Source: a virus
Virus genome (UHGV): UHGV-0173986
Length of the DNA stretch: 46,299 bases
Direction: 5' to 3' (one strand)
The notes beneath the pieces were generated by a model that saw only the letters and a list, made by a program, of their open reading frames with translations, had not been told where the DNA came from and searched no databases. Made by a program: the position numbers and the translations under genes. Shown here piece after piece: positions 24,997-35,779 of the stretch. Every line of letters starts with the position of its first letter. Positions within the stretch are counted from its first letter, which is position 1.

Positions 24997-26968
24997 TACG
25001 TGGTTCCGTATGAAGGCGAGCGCCAACAACGAAGCGGATATCTATATCTATGACGAAATTGGTTATTGGGGAGTGACGGCCAAACAGTTTGTTAACGACC
25101 TTAAAGCGCTGGGTGATGTCAGCCATATTAATCTTCACATTAACTCGCCTGGTGGCGATGTCTTTGATGGCATCGCCATTTTTAATGCCCTGAAACATCA
25201 CGGTGCCGCAATCACCGTTCACATAGATGGCCTGGCTGCCTCCATGGCTTCTGTCATCGCAATGGTGGGTAATCCGGTCATCATGCCGGAAAACACCATG
25301 ATGATGATCCATAAGCCATGGGGCTTTGCCGGCGGCGATGCCAACGACATGCGCGACTACGCTGATTTGCTGGATAAAGTTGAATCGGTCTTAATCCCCG
25401 CCTATGCAGCAAAAACCGGAAAAACCTCTGATGAGATTGCCGCAATGCTGGAAGACGAAACCTGGCTGGATGGCGCTGAATGCCTTGCCATGGGTTTTGC
25501 TGACCAGGTGATCCCATCCCTTCAGGCAATGGCCTGTATTCATTCAAAACGTATTGAGGAATTTGAAAAAATGCCAAACAGCATTCGTAATATGGTCACC
25601 CCGCCGCGTAATTCCACCCAGTGCGAACCGCAGCAGCCTGTACCACAACCTCAGGCACACCAACCTACCGCCCCTCAGCCTGCCGCTGTGGATGAGAATG
25701 CTATCCGGGCGCAGGTTTATGCCGAACAGCGTAACCGTGTGAACGGGATTAATGATCTGTTTGCTATGTTCGGCGGTAAGCACCAGGAGCTGCAAAACCA
25801 GTGTATTGCGGACCCCGATTGCACTGTGGAGCAGGCGAAAGATGTTCTGCTGGCTGCTCTGGGCAAGGCTGCTACTCCATCGAACAAAAACGAACAGCCG
25901 CACATTTATGCCGGGAACGGGAATTTTGTTGGCGATGGCATCCGCCAGGCGCTGATGGCCCGTGCAGGGTATGAAAATCAGGAGCGCGATAACGTGTACA
26001 ACGGGATGACGCTACGTGAGTATGCGCGTATGGCACTGACGGAACGCGGTATCGGGGTCGCCAGTTACAATCCGATGCAGATGGTTGGCCTGGCATTGAC
26101 TCACAGTACCTCTGATTTTGGCAATATTCTGCTCGACGTGGCGAATAAGGCGCTTCTGCAGGGGTGGGATGAGGCAGCAGAGACCTTTGATCTGTGGACG
26201 AAGAAAGGTCAGTTGTCTGATTTTAAAACTGCTCACCGCGTTGGAATGGGCGGTTTTAACTCCCTCCGCAAGGTTCGCGAAGGGGCTGAATATAAATATG
26301 TGACCACGGGCGATAAAGGCGAAACGATCGCACTGGCTACCTATGGGGAAATTTTCTCAATTACCCGCCAGGCGATTATCAACGATGATCTGAACGCATT
26401 GACTGACGTCCCGGCGAAAATGGGACGTGCTGCGAAAGCTACCATTGGTGATTTGGTATATGCGATTCTGCTGGATAACCCGAAACTGTCCGACGGCAAA
26501 CCGCTGTTCCATGCCGATCACAAAAACCTCTCCTCTGGCGCCATTTCTGTTTCGAGCATTGATGATGCCCGCAAACTGATGCGCCTGCAGAAAGAAGGGG
26601 AACGATCGCTGAATATTCGTCCAGCTTACATGCTGGTGCCGGTAGGGCTCGAAACGATTGCCAGTCAGACCATTAAATCGGCAAGCGTTAAGGGCGCAGA
26701 TATTAACGCCGGGATCATTAACCCTATCCAGAACTTTGCCGAAGTGATTGCTGAAGCACGGCTGGATGACAAGGATCCGAACGCCTGGTACCTGGCCGCT
26801 GCGAAAGGCACCGATACCATCGAAGTAGCTTATCTGAATGGTGTTGACACGCCTTACATTGACCAGCAGGAAGGTTTCAATACCGACGGGATCGCCACGA
26901 AGGTGCGTATCGATGCGGGTGTTGCGCCGTTAGACTTCCGCGGCCTGGCGAAATCAACTGGCAAGTAA
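24947..26968 (+). CDS. Prohead protease (ClpP/S49-like) fused to a scaffold/major-capsid region
   Basis: N-terminal ClpP-like ...DIYIYDEIGYWGVTAKQFVNDLKAL...INSPGGDVFDGIAIFNAL...AASMASVIAM..., a Gln/Pro-rich linker, then a roughly 400-aa capsid-like region. GGAGG RBS at 24933. Confidence 0.8.
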   Translation: MPKNWTLQRPKASVKSNTWFRMKASANNEADIYIYDEIGYWGVTAKQFVNDLKALGDVSHINLHINSPGGDVFDGIAIFNALKHHGAAITVHIDGLAASMASVIAMVGNPVIMPENTMMMIHKPWGFAGGDANDMRDYADLLDKVESVLIPAYAAKTGKTSDEIAAMLEDETWLDGAECLAMGFADQVIPSLQAMACIHSKRIEEFEKMPNSIRNMVTPPRNSTQCEPQQPVPQPQAHQPTAPQPAAVDENAIRAQVYAEQRNRVNGINDLFAMFGGKHQELQNQCIADPDCTVEQAKDVLLAALGKAATPSNKNEQPHIYAGNGNFVGDGIRQALMARAGYENQERDNVYNGMTLREYARMALTERGIGVASYNPMQMVGLALTHSTSDFGNILLDVANKALLQGWDEAAETFDLWTKKGQLSDFKTAHRVGMGGFNSLRKVREGAEYKYVTTGDKGETIALATYGEIFSITRQAIINDDLNALTDVPAKMGRAAKATIGDLVYAILLDNPKLSDGKPLFHADHKNLSSGAISVSSIDDARKLMRLQKEGERSLNIRPAYMLVPVGLETIASQTIKSASVKGADINAGIINPIQNFAEVIAEARLDDKDPNAWYLAAAKGTDTIEVAYLNGVDTPYIDQQEGFNTDGIATKVRIDAGVAPLDFRGLAKSTGK

Positions 26969-26992
26969 TTCTCTGCCAACTCATATCTCATT

Positions 26993-27012
26993 AGCCCATC
27001 AGGGCTTTTTTT
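26993..27012 (+). terminator. Intrinsic terminator after the capsid gene
   Basis: agccc-atca-gggct followed by TTTTTTT. Confidence 0.7.
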
Positions 27013-27051
27013 ATACCTGAAATCAGCCCTGCGGGGCTGCCAGGAGATGTT

Positions 27052-27378
27052 ATGGCTAAAAACTTTGTGCAGGAAGGAAAGACGATTCATCTGGTTAATG
27101 CCGGACAGGAACCGATTCTGAGTGGGGCAGCTGTTGTTGTCGGTGAGCTGATTGCTATCGCGATCACTGATATTCCCGGCGGCGATACTGGCGATGGTCT
27201 TACTGAAGGGGTATTCCAGCTGCCGAAGCTGCCCGCTGATGAAATTAAAGCGGGAAAGAAGGTGTATTTCAAGGCGGGCAAGGTACAGCTGGAAGCAACA
27301 GGCGCAGTTTTTGCTGGGGTTGCCTGGGAGGATGCGGGCGCAAACAGTACCGTCATTGACGTCAAGATCAATGCCTAA
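27052..27378 (+). CDS. DUF2190-like small head protein (possible decoration/cement)
   Basis: 108 aa, Gly/Ala/Val-rich, MAKNFVQEGKTIHLVNAGQEPILSGAAVVVGELIAIAITDIPGGDTGDGLTEGVFQLPK... AGGAG RBS. Confidence 0.45.
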   Translation: MAKNFVQEGKTIHLVNAGQEPILSGAAVVVGELIAIAITDIPGGDTGDGLTEGVFQLPKLPADEIKAGKKVYFKAGKVQLEATGAVFAGVAWEDAGANSTVIDVKINA

Positions 27379-27646
27379 CCCTTTCGACAAGATGGCGGCC
27401 CGGATGGATGCCGCCACCCTCAAAAAAATGGGCAAGGAAGCGGTCATTAACGGCATAAGCGTTGACGTCGTGCCTGCTGAGTTGCTGGAGGAGATGGGCG
27501 CACTTTCCGGAGCCGCCACGGTGCTGGTCGTGTTTGCTGCTGGTTATCGGCCCGCCAGAAACGATGCCGTGGAATATGACGGTAAAGACTGGATCGTTAC
27601 CCGCTATCAGTTTTTTAACGGAAAGCCTCAAATCTGGCTGGAGTGA
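27371..27646 (+). CDS. Head-tail connector/completion protein (hypothetical, about 91 aa)
   Basis: Overlapping start (ATGCCTAA). MPNPFDKMAARMDAATLKKMGKEAVINGISVDVVPAELLEEMGALSG... Confidence 0.45.
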   Translation: MPNPFDKMAARMDAATLKKMGKEAVINGISVDVVPAELLEEMGALSGAATVLVVFAAGYRPARNDAVEYDGKDWIVTRYQFFNGKPQIWLE

Positions 27647-27649
27647 ATC

Positions 27650-28228
27650 ATGTCTCTGAAAGGTCTTGAGCGTGCTATCCAGAATCTGAACAGTCTGAGC
27701 CGACTGATGGTACCGACGGCTACCGCGCAGGCGCTTAACCGGGTTGCCGGGCGAACAATTACGCAAGGTAGCCGCAAGGTGGCGAAAGAAGCAACGGTTG
27801 GTGATAACCGCAAAAAAGGGTTGCCGGTGAGGCTGGTCCGGCAGCGGTCGCGTCTTAAGCGCGCGAAACCTGATCGTCTGGTGGCGGCCATTCGTATTAA
27901 CAGAGGGAACCTGCCTGCAATCAAACTGGGTGCTGCACGGGTGCAGCTTTCGAGGCGAAAAGGCGAAAAACGCGGGCGCGGGAGTGTGCTTCGTATTGGA
28001 CCGTACATTTTCAAAAATGCATTTATCCAGCAGCTTGCGAACGGGCGGTGGCAGGTGATGCACCGTCTGGGTAAATCCCGCTACCCGATTGATGTTGTGA
28101 AAGTTCCTCTCGAAACCCCGTTAACCCAAAACTTCACCGCTATATCAAAGCAGCTTATCGACAGTGACATGCCGAAGGAGCTGTCGTCCGCGCTGAAAAA
28201 TCAACTGAGGATCCACCTGAAGCGATGA
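27650..28228 (+). CDS. HK97 gp10-family head-tail protein
   Basis: 192 aa, basic, in the conserved position between head and tail-terminator genes. Confidence 0.5.
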   Translation: MSLKGLERAIQNLNSLSRLMVPTATAQALNRVAGRTITQGSRKVAKEATVGDNRKKGLPVRLVRQRSRLKRAKPDRLVAAIRINRGNLPAIKLGAARVQLSRRKGEKRGRGSVLRIGPYIFKNAFIQQLANGRWQVMHRLGKSRYPIDVVKVPLETPLTQNFTAISKQLIDSDMPKELSSALKNQLRIHLKR

Positions 28229-28626
28229 GCAAACACACCGCTATTCGTCTTGCTGTTCTGGACCAGTTAAAGACGTCCATTCCGGACCGTGTGACATGGT
28301 TTGACGGACGCCCTGTCTTTCTGGAAGAGCAGGATCTACCGGCGCTCGCAGTCTATCTGACGGATGCCGAATACACGGGAGAAAGCCTGGATGAGGATAG
28401 CTGGCAAGCAGTCCTTCATATCGAGGTATTTCTGAAATCCACCACGCCGGATAGCGCGCTGGATGCGTGGATGGAAGAGAAGGTGTATCCGGCTCTTGAA
28501 ACTATCCCGGCGCTATTTCCCTTAATCGAAACGATGATCCCCATGGGCTACGACTACCAGCGTGATGACGAAATGGCCACCTGGGGATCGGTCGATCTGA
28601 CCTATACCCTCACTTATTTTAGATAA
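28225..28626 (+). CDS. U: Tail terminator protein gpU
   Basis: [70 protein letters not shown]... closely parallels lambda U. Confidence 0.85.
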   Translation: MSKHTAIRLAVLDQLKTSIPDRVTWFDGRPVFLEEQDLPALAVYLTDAEYTGESLDEDSWQAVLHIEVFLKSTTPDSALDAWMEEKVYPALETIPALFPLIETMIPMGYDYQRDDEMATWGSVDLTYTLTYFR

Positions 28627-28634
28627 GGAATTTT

Positions 28635-29378
28635 ATGGCAACTCCTAATCCAATGGCCCCGGTAAAAGGGGCTGGTACCACGCTCTGGCTGTATACCGGA
28701 ACGGGGAACCCCTACGCTAACCCGCTTTCCGATGCTGACTGGCAGCGCCTGGCGAAAATTAAGGAACTGACGCCGGGCGAAATGACGGCGGAGTCCTACG
28801 ATGACACCTACCTTGACGATGAAAACGCAGACTGGACTGCGACAGCGCAGGGGGCAAAATCGGCAGGTGATACGTCTTTAACCCTGGCCTGGAAGCCAGG
28901 GGAAGAGGGGCAAAAGTCGCTGGTGGCCTGGTTTGTCGATGGCGATGTGCGGGCCTACAAAATTAAATACCCGAATGGCACCGTGGATGTGTTCAAAGGG
29001 TGGTGCAGTAGCCTGGGTAAAGCCATTCCCGCGAAGGAAGTGATCACCCGTACAGCCAAAATCACCAATACCGGGAAACCTGAACTGGCGGAAGAAAGCG
29101 GTAATCCGCCGATCGCGGTGACCGGGATCAAACTCGATAAGGCAACGGCCAGCGTGGCAGTCGGCACCACCACAACGCTAAATGTTACTTTCCTGCCTGC
29201 CAGCGCGTCGATGCAGTCGTTCCGCGCAGCGACCTCGGATAGCTCGAAAGCGAAGGTGGTCGTGAGTGGCAAATCTCTGATCGTCACCGGCGTGGCACCT
29301 GGTGCTGCCGACATTATTGTCATGAGTAATGACGGTAATTTTGTGGCGACCTGCAAAACCACCGTGACGGCTTCCTGA
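28635..29378 (+). CDS. V: Major tail protein gpV with a C-terminal Ig-like (Big_2) domain
   Basis: [86 protein letters not shown]... is near-collinear with lambda V. Confidence 0.9.
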   Translation: MATPNPMAPVKGAGTTLWLYTGTGNPYANPLSDADWQRLAKIKELTPGEMTAESYDDTYLDDENADWTATAQGAKSAGDTSLTLAWKPGEEGQKSLVAWFVDGDVRAYKIKYPNGTVDVFKGWCSSLGKAIPAKEVITRTAKITNTGKPELAEESGNPPIAVTGIKLDKATASVAVGTTTTLNVTFLPASASMQSFRAATSDSSKAKVVVSGKSLIVTGVAPGAADIIVMSNDGNFVATCKTTVTAS

Positions 29379-29388
29379 TAACAGAGGA

Positions 29389-29817
29389 ATGAGCATGTTT
29401 CTGAAAAAAGACGAATTTACCCATAACGGCGCTACGGTGCCGATCACCGAATTGTCGGCATTGCAGCGCATTACTTATCTCGAATATCTGGCCGCAGAAG
29501 AAAAAGCCTTATCCGCCATTTCTGATGACGTGGATGACCAGAAAATGTCCGCCGGGCTGGTCAGTATGAGTATCCGCGCAGGCGCGCGCCTGATTGCGCT
29601 CTCGCTCTGGCATAACGATCCTAAAGGGCCCTCTGAAGAGGAGCTCCACCAGCAGGTGATGAGTACCTGGCCGCCGGAAGCGATTGGCAAAGCGGAAATG
29701 CAGATCAAGCTGCTCTCCGGCATGCTGGCGCCGGTTGCCGAAGAAGAGCAATCTACGGATGAAGATATTGATACCACCGTGCTGGGTGATGAACCTGTTA
29801 CAGCGGAAAAGCCCTAG
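29389..29817 (+). CDS. G: Tail assembly chaperone gpG
   Basis: [32 protein letters not shown]... parallels lambda G ([32 protein letters not shown]...). Confidence 0.8.
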   Translation: MSMFLKKDEFTHNGATVPITELSALQRITYLEYLAAEEKALSAISDDVDDQKMSAGLVSMSIRAGARLIALSLWHNDPKGPSEEELHQQVMSTWPPEAIGKAEMQIKLLSGMLAPVAEEEQSTDEDIDTTVLGDEPVTAEKP

Positions 29818-30152
29818 CCAGCGAGCTTGATTTTGTCCTGAAGCTGGCGCGTGAGTTCGGGCGACCTGACTGGCGCGCCATGCTTGCTGGCATGACGTCC
29901 TCCGAGCTGGGCGACTGGCATCACTTTTACCGGGAGCGTTTTTTTCAGGACGCGCAGCTCGATGCCCACTTCTCCGGGCTGCTTTACACCATTTCAACCT
30001 TCTTATACCGGGATCCGGACATCACCCCTGCACACTTCAGCCTGCTGTCTCCCTCCGCTGAGGCTGCAGCGGATAATATACAGGACGATGAAGCCATGAT
30101 GCTGGCCGCGGAGGGAATTACAGGAGGCACCAGATATGGCCCAGCAGATTAG
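29389..30152 (+). CDS. T: gpGT fusion product made by a programmed -1 ribosomal frameshift near 29805-29811 (slippery GGAAAAG just before the G stop)
   Basis: The -1 frame from ...GCGGAAAAGCCC continues [57 protein letters not shown]... to 30152. Same position and logic as lambda G/GT. Confidence 0.6.
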
Positions 30153-33100
30153 CGACCTTGTCATTAACCTGGATGTCGACAGCGCCACATTCACCGAACA
30201 GATTGCCAGGATTAAGGGGCAACTGTCCGGTGTGGCGAATGAGTCGGAAAAAGTGCAGACGCGCATGCGCAGTGCGGCAGAGGCGCAAATCACCGCGCTT
30301 AAAACGACCTGCGATGCCGGTGCCGGCGCCGTGTCCGATATGCAGAGGCGGCAGGCGGATGCCGCCGCCGGGCTTCAGAACGAATTGCAGCGGGTCTCCA
30401 AATCGGTCGATGAGACTTACCAGCGCGTCACCGGGTTAAACCAGCGTTATCGGGAGAACGACGCTCAGGCAGAGGCGCTGGCGCGGCGGCAGGATGCGCT
30501 GGCGGAATCGTTCTTTCGGCAGATAGATGGCGTTCGATCCCTCAGTGGTGAAACACGGTCGCTGGCCAGTGTACAGGAACAATTCCGCAAGGCCCGCGCG
30601 CAGGGGAACATCACTCAGGGTGATTATCTCTCCCTGATTTCCCGCACTACGGCACGGCAGAAAGAACTCCAGCAGGTTGAGGAAAAAGCGAACCAGGCTC
30701 GCCAAAAATTTCTTCGCCAGCTTAAGGCCCAGGTGGTCGAACAAAAACTATCTGGCACTGAGCTGCTGAGAATGAAAGCCGCGCAGGTAGGCGCCAGCGA
30801 TGCTGCTGAAGTTTATATCCGCAAACTGGAAGCGGCAAAGGTCGCAACGCACAGCCTTGGTTTCGAGAGCGCCGGCGCACGTCGGGAGCTTGGTGTTCTG
30901 GCTGGAGAGTTATTGCGGGGCAACTTCGGCGCTCTGCGTGGCTCCGGGATAACCCTGGCGAATCAGGCCGGGTGGCTCGAAAAAATGATGACGCTACGCG
31001 GACTGGGGATCGCTGGCGTGGTCGGTGGCATAGCCGCATCCGTCGTTCTGCTGGGAAAGGCGTGGTACGAGGGCGGGAAGGAAGCCGAGGAGTTTAACAA
31101 ACAGCTCATTCTCACCGGGAACTATGCCGGTAAAACCTCGGGACAACTGCAGGCGCTGGCACGGAACATCTCAGGAAATGGAGTCACTCAGCACGCCGCG
31201 GCAGCCGTATTAGCGCAGGTTGTGGGAAGCGGGGTATTCGGCGGCGCCGACGTCGAACGGATTGCCAATGTGGCTGCGAGGCTTCAACAGGCTACCGGCC
31301 AGGCTGTGGATGAAACCATTAACCAGTTTAAGCGGCTAAAAGAAGATCCGGTTAATGCGGTCGCAACGCTGAATGAATCTCTGCATTTTCTGACCGCAAG
31401 TCAGTTTGAGCAGATTTCAGCTGCTCAGGCGATGGGCGATTCTCAACGCGCTGCCGAGCTCGCGATGCGCGCATATTCAGATGCTGTTATCCAGCGCGCA
31501 AATGCAGTAAAGGACAACCTGGGAACGCTGGAAACGGCGTGGAACTGGGTTAAAAATGCCGCCAGCGGCGCCTGGGATGCCATGATGGACATTGGTCGTA
31601 ATCCTGATGCTGCCATGAAGCGGCAGGGGGCTTTTGCAGAATGGCAGGCCGCGGAAAAAGAACGCCGTCAACTGGCCGCCAATCTAAACGTCGATCCCAA
31701 CTATTCCGGTAATAACCCCCTCATTAAGGCTGATGCAGAACGTTTGCGTATTGCCACTCAACGTGCTGAGTTGCTGAAACAAACTTATGATGAGGCCGAT
31801 AAAGCATACGCTAAGGAAGGTTTAGCCGCGGCACGCGAGAAGCTGCGTAACGAACAACAACAGCAAGCCATCAGGAACCAGCAGCAGTTTAATCAACTTC
31901 TGGAAGCAGGCCTTAAGCCAGCAGAAAGACGGGCTCGCGCCCAGGCCGAATTTAATAAGCTCGTTGAGAAAAACAAGCAAGATGCGATCGATGGGATTGC
32001 CACCCGCTGGACAGCCAGCGATATAGAAAAAATCCGCGCAAGTATTGATGCCAGGTACAAAGACCCTAAAACCCCGAAAGGGAGGCAGTACACAACACCC
32101 GCCGGGAGTAAAGCAGAGGAAGGGGCCCAGGCCGAATTACTGACCCTGCAGGCTCAGTTGAAAACCCTCCAGCAGCATACAGACGTCAACGACGTGATCA
32201 GTAAGCAACGTCGGGATCTCTGGCAGGCAGAAAATCAGTATGCTGTTTTGCAGGAAGCGGCCGGCCGCCGCCAGCTCTCCGCCCAGGAAAAATCACTGCT
32301 GGCCCACAAAAACGAAACCCTGGAATACAAACGTCAGCTGGCAGATCTCGGTGATAAGGTCGCCCGGCAGCAGAAGCTGAATAATCTGGCAGATCAGGCC
32401 AATAAATTCGCTCAGCAGCAGAGTGCGATCCGGGCGGGGATCAAGGCTCAGGCCGACGGACTTTCCGGCAGGGAAGCGAACAGAAGAAGCACGCTTGAAA
32501 AGCTGAGTGAAACGTACGCCTTCAATCCTGATGCGCAGCGCAAGGTGCTGGAGGAACAGCAAGCCACCTATGAAGCCGAGGACGCATTGCGCGGTAACTG
32601 GCTGGCCGGCGCCAAACAGGGCTGGGCAGAGTATCAGGATTCCGCCACTAATGTATTTTCCTCTGTTCAACAAATATCCCAGGCTACCTTCGGGGGGCTG
32701 GCAAATCAGCTGACATTGCTCAATACCACCGGCAAAGCGAGTTTTAAGGAATTCACCACATCCATTCTGAAGATGATCGCTCAGGTCATCGATCAGCTTA
32801 TTGTGGCCTACACCTTTCAGGCTGCAATGGGGTGGATCAGCGGCGGGAGCAGTTCTTCAAATTCTGGTCAGTCTTTTGCCGTTCCTTCCTATCGTCCCTC
32901 TGGCTTTGATGGTGGTGGTTATACCGGGCATGGTGGTAAGTACGAGCCCGCGGGGGTTGTCCACCGCGGCGAATTCGTTTTCACCAAAGAGGCAACCAGC
33001 CGCATCGGCGTGAGCAACCTGTACCGGATGATGCGTGGTTATGCTTCAGGCGGGTATGTTGGTGCTGGTGGTGCGCCTGCAGGTGTATTCGCAGGCGGCG

Positions 33101-33279
33101 TGAATGTCTATGCGCCTGTCAGCGTGACAACACAGCAGACTGGAAACAATCTGCAGCAGGGTAATTCTGATTCTGTCGGAAAAGCTTATCAGCAGGTTGT
33201 AAATCGATCCGTGCAGGATGGGATAGCTAAAGCGCTGCGTCCGGGTGGACTTATCTGGAATGCAACTAACCGGAGGTAA
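30136..33279 (+). CDS. H: Tail tape-measure protein gpH
   Basis: 1047 aa, largely alpha-helical and coiled-coil, with a C-terminal Gly-rich segment. Position between GT and M. Confidence 0.9.
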   Translation: MAQQISDLVINLDVDSATFTEQIARIKGQLSGVANESEKVQTRMRSAAEAQITALKTTCDAGAGAVSDMQRRQADAAAGLQNELQRVSKSVDETYQRVTGLNQRYRENDAQAEALARRQDALAESFFRQIDGVRSLSGETRSLASVQEQFRKARAQGNITQGDYLSLISRTTARQKELQQVEEKANQARQKFLRQLKAQVVEQKLSGTELLRMKAAQVGASDAAEVYIRKLEAAKVATHSLGFESAGARRELGVLAGELLRGNFGALRGSGITLANQAGWLEKMMTLRGLGIAGVVGGIAASVVLLGKAWYEGGKEAEEFNKQLILTGNYAGKTSGQLQALARNISGNGVTQHAAAAVLAQVVGSGVFGGADVERIANVAARLQQATGQAVDETINQFKRLKEDPVNAVATLNESLHFLTASQFEQISAAQAMGDSQRAAELAMRAYSDAVIQRANAVKDNLGTLETAWNWVKNAASGAWDAMMDIGRNPDAAMKRQGAFAEWQAAEKERRQLAANLNVDPNYSGNNPLIKADAERLRIATQRAELLKQTYDEADKAYAKEGLAAAREKLRNEQQQQAIRNQQQFNQLLEAGLKPAERRARAQAEFNKLVEKNKQDAIDGIATRWTASDIEKIRASIDARYKDPKTPKGRQYTTPAGSKAEEGAQAELLTLQAQLKTLQQHTDVNDVISKQRRDLWQAENQYAVLQEAAGRRQLSAQEKSLLAHKNETLEYKRQLADLGDKVARQQKLNNLADQANKFAQQQSAIRAGIKAQADGLSGREANRRSTLEKLSETYAFNPDAQRKVLEEQQATYEAEDALRGNWLAGAKQGWAEYQDSATNVFSSVQQISQATFGGLANQLTLLNTTGKASFKEFTTSILKMIAQVIDQLIVAYTFQAAMGWISGGSSSSNSGQSFAVPSYRPSGFDGGGYTGHGGKYEPAGVVHRGEFVFTKEATSRIGVSNLYRMMRGYASGGYVGAGGAPAGVFAGGVNVYAPVSVTTQQTGNNLQQGNSDSVGKAYQQVVNRSVQDGIAKALRPGGLIWNATNRR

Positions 33280-33283
33280 TATT

Positions 33284-33631
33284 ATGGCAATTGAAACATT
33301 CGCCTGGCGTATTCAGGCAGCCAGTCAACCTACGTTAAAAAGCAAAGATAATATCCGGAGGGTTCAATTTGGTGATGGCTATGCACAGGTATCCGGGAAC
33401 GGCATAAATAATGAAACACTGAGTTATGAGTTCTCTTTTTCTGGCGACCCGGATACTGCTCTAGAAATTTATAAATTTTTGCGTCGTCACAAAACCAAGG
33501 CGTTTTCTTTTAAACCGCCAGGTGGTGAATTAGCGTTGTGGCGGGTTCAGGCCGACAGCCTGCAAAAAGTTATTCAGGGAAAGAAAGTCATCACCATTAC
33601 TGCAACGTTTGAACAGGCATTCGTACCATGA
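33284..33631 (+). CDS. M: Minor tail protein gpM
   Basis: MAIETFAWRIQAASQPTLKSKDNIRRVQFGDGYAQVSGNGIN... (lambda M: ...VRKVRFGDGYSQRAPAGLNANL...). GGAGG RBS. Confidence 0.85.
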   Translation: MAIETFAWRIQAASQPTLKSKDNIRRVQFGDGYAQVSGNGINNETLSYEFSFSGDPDTALEIYKFLRRHKTKAFSFKPPGGELALWRVQADSLQKVIQGKKVITITATFEQAFVP

Positions 33632-34383
33632 GTCTTCACGCTGATTATCAGAAACTGGAGCCGGGAGATGAAATCCGGCTATTCGAAATTGACGGAAGTG
33701 CTTTTAATATGGGTGATATTTTATATTTTCACGGATATAACATACCCCATACCGAAGCGGAAATTGTGGCTGCTGGTGGCGATGAATCGAAGCTACCGGC
33801 CAAAAGCATCTGGTGGCAGGGCATCGAATATAAAGCATGGCCTTGTGAATTAGAGGGGATCGAATCCTCGACTTCAGGAAGCGACGCGCAGCCGACACTG
33901 AGGGTAGGCAACATTGATGGTTCGATTTCCGCGCTCTGTCTTCATTACGACGATCTGGCTCTGGCGCGGGTTGTCATCCACGATACGCAAAAACAGTATC
34001 TCGATGCGAAGAACTTTCCGGACGGGAATGCTTCAGCTGATCCGACACAGGAGAAACGGCGCCTTTTCTTCATCGACGTAAAGCATTATGAAGACGATGA
34101 GAAGGTGGAATTTACTCTCTCCAGCCCGTTTGCCCTGCAGGGGATGATGATCCCCACTCGCCAGCTGCATGCGATTTGCAGCTGGTGTATTCGCAATCAG
34201 TACCGCAGTGGTAACGGGTGCGATTATGCCGGCACCCGGTATTTTGACAGGAACAATCAGCCAGTTGATGACCCGTCGCAGGATGTCTGCCCCGGCACGC
34301 TCACGGCCTGCAAATTACGTCATGGTGAGAATAGTGAACTGCCGTTTGGCGGGTTCCCTGGCACCTCATTAATCAGGAGCTGA
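33628..34383 (+). CDS. L: Minor tail protein gpL
   Basis: 251 aa with a C-terminal Cys cluster ...CSWCIRNQYRSGNGCDYAG...CPGTLTACKLRHG as in lambda L. Confidence 0.85.
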   Translation: MSLHADYQKLEPGDEIRLFEIDGSAFNMGDILYFHGYNIPHTEAEIVAAGGDESKLPAKSIWWQGIEYKAWPCELEGIESSTSGSDAQPTLRVGNIDGSISALCLHYDDLALARVVIHDTQKQYLDAKNFPDGNASADPTQEKRRLFFIDVKHYEDDEKVEFTLSSPFALQGMMIPTRQLHAICSWCIRNQYRSGNGCDYAGTRYFDRNNQPVDDPSQDVCPGTLTACKLRHGENSELPFGGFPGTSLIRS

Positions 34384-34384
34384 T

Positions 34385-35095
34385 ATGCGTCAGAAAACGA
34401 TTAAGGCCATCCAGGAACATGCCGCCGCAGAATATCCGCGCGAGGCCTGCGGCCTTGTCGCCCAGAGGGGCCGGGCGGAGCGTTATTTCCCCTGCCGGAA
34501 CCTGGCCACAGAGTCGAAAGATAATTTTGTGCTGGCGCCGGAGGATTATGCGGAGGTTGAGGAATGGGGAGCGATCACCGGTATTGTTCACAGCCATCCT
34601 GATGCCACCACCCAGCCGAGCGAACTGGATAAAGCACAATGCGACACGACCCTTCTCCCCTGGCATATTATCAGCTGGCCAGAAGGCGATCTCCGTACCA
34701 TTCACCCGCGTGGTGAGTTGCCGCTCCTCGAGCGACCATTCGTGCTGGGCCACTACGATTGCTGGGGCCTGGTGATGAGCTATTTTCGGCAAACCCACGG
34801 CATCGAGCTGCACGATTACCGCGTCGACTATCCGTGGTGGGAAAAGGAGTATCCCGATAATTTTTATCAGGACTGCTGGTATGAATGCGGGTTCCGTGAG
34901 TTTGATGGTCCACCGCAACCGGGTGATATGGTTATCATGCAGGTGCAGGCGGATAAGTGGAACCACGCCGGGATTTTGCTGGAAGGGAACATGCTACTTC
35001 ACCATTTGTATGGTCACCTGAGTCAGCGCGTGCCCTATGGCGGGTACTGGCAGGAAAGAACAATGAAAATCGTCAGGTATTTTTCACTATGTTAA
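34385..35095 (+). CDS. K: Tail tip protein gpK (MPN/JAB + NlpC/P60 domains)
   Basis: ...EACGLVAQRG... and HSHPDATTQPSELD (JAB motif) followed by ...HYDCWGLVMSYF... (NlpC/P60 Cys). Confidence 0.85.
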   Translation: MRQKTIKAIQEHAAAEYPREACGLVAQRGRAERYFPCRNLATESKDNFVLAPEDYAEVEEWGAITGIVHSHPDATTQPSELDKAQCDTTLLPWHIISWPEGDLRTIHPRGELPLLERPFVLGHYDCWGLVMSYFRQTHGIELHDYRVDYPWWEKEYPDNFYQDCWYECGFREFDGPPQPGDMVIMQVQADKWNHAGILLEGNMLLHHLYGHLSQRVPYGGYWQERTMKIVRYFSLC

Positions 35096-35126
35096 TGAAC
35101 CTCACGGTAAGTTTGGGAGCGGGATA

Positions 35127-35717
35127 ATGCATGAAGTTATGATGCGAATTGAACTGAACGGGCCGTTGGGGAAACGGTTTGGGAAAATTCATCACCGACT
35201 TATTTCCACCACTAAAGAGGCGGTGGTGGCGCTGGCAAAAACAATTCCTGGATTTGAAAAGTTCATGATCACCAGCGAAGACCGTGGATTAACCTATGCG
35301 ATATTTCAGGATGAAAAAAATATAGGGCTGGATGATCTTGGTTTTCCTGTGAATGGTGACGTGATACGGATAACGCCGGTTGTTATCGGGAGTAAAAAGG
35401 CGGGGCTTTTACAAACTATTCTCGGTGCAGTCCTTGTTGTTGTGGGGGTCATTTCCACATTCACTCCGGCTAATGCGGCCGCACCATATCTTTATAGTAC
35501 AGGAGCATCAATGATGCTCGGCGGCGTCGTTCAGATGCTTTCCCCACAGCCAGCAGGCCTGGCACGAAAAGAATCCGCTGACAATAAAGCGTCCTACGCC
35601 TTTGGGGGCGTGACGAATACTGCCTCTCAGGGATATCCGGTCCCTTTGCTTTATGGCAAACGCCGAATTGGCGGCGCCATTATATCTGCCGGTATTTACA
35701 CAGAAGATCAGCAATAA
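35127..35717 (+). CDS. I: Tail assembly protein gpI
   Basis: 196 aa with a C-terminal hydrophobic/Gly-rich segment. Conserved position between K and J. Confidence 0.75.
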   Translation: MHEVMMRIELNGPLGKRFGKIHHRLISTTKEAVVALAKTIPGFEKFMITSEDRGLTYAIFQDEKNIGLDDLGFPVNGDVIRITPVVIGSKKAGLLQTILGAVLVVVGVISTFTPANAAAPYLYSTGASMMLGGVVQMLSPQPAGLARKESADNKASYAFGGVTNTASQGYPVPLLYGKRRIGGAIISAGIYTEDQQ

Positions 35718-35744
35718 GTTTTATTCAGTAAACCATCCAGTTCA

Positions 35745-35768
35745 GGCCACCTTGCGGTGGCTTTTTTT
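35745..35768 (+). terminator. Intrinsic terminator-like hairpin between I and J
   Basis: gccacc-ttgc-ggtggc followed by TTTTTTT. Confidence 0.5.
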
Positions 35769-35779
35769 ATGGGCGTAAT

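Noticed and set aside
24049-25312. Minus-strand ORFs (208 and 181 aa) inside the portal and protease/capsid genes
   Set aside because: Antisense to strongly supported portal and ClpP-like coding sequence. No RBS or family resemblance.
27368-28063. 231-aa minus-strand ORF across the head-tail genes
   Set aside because: Overlaps three collinear plus-strand structural genes. The product is Arg/Pro-rich and low-complexity.
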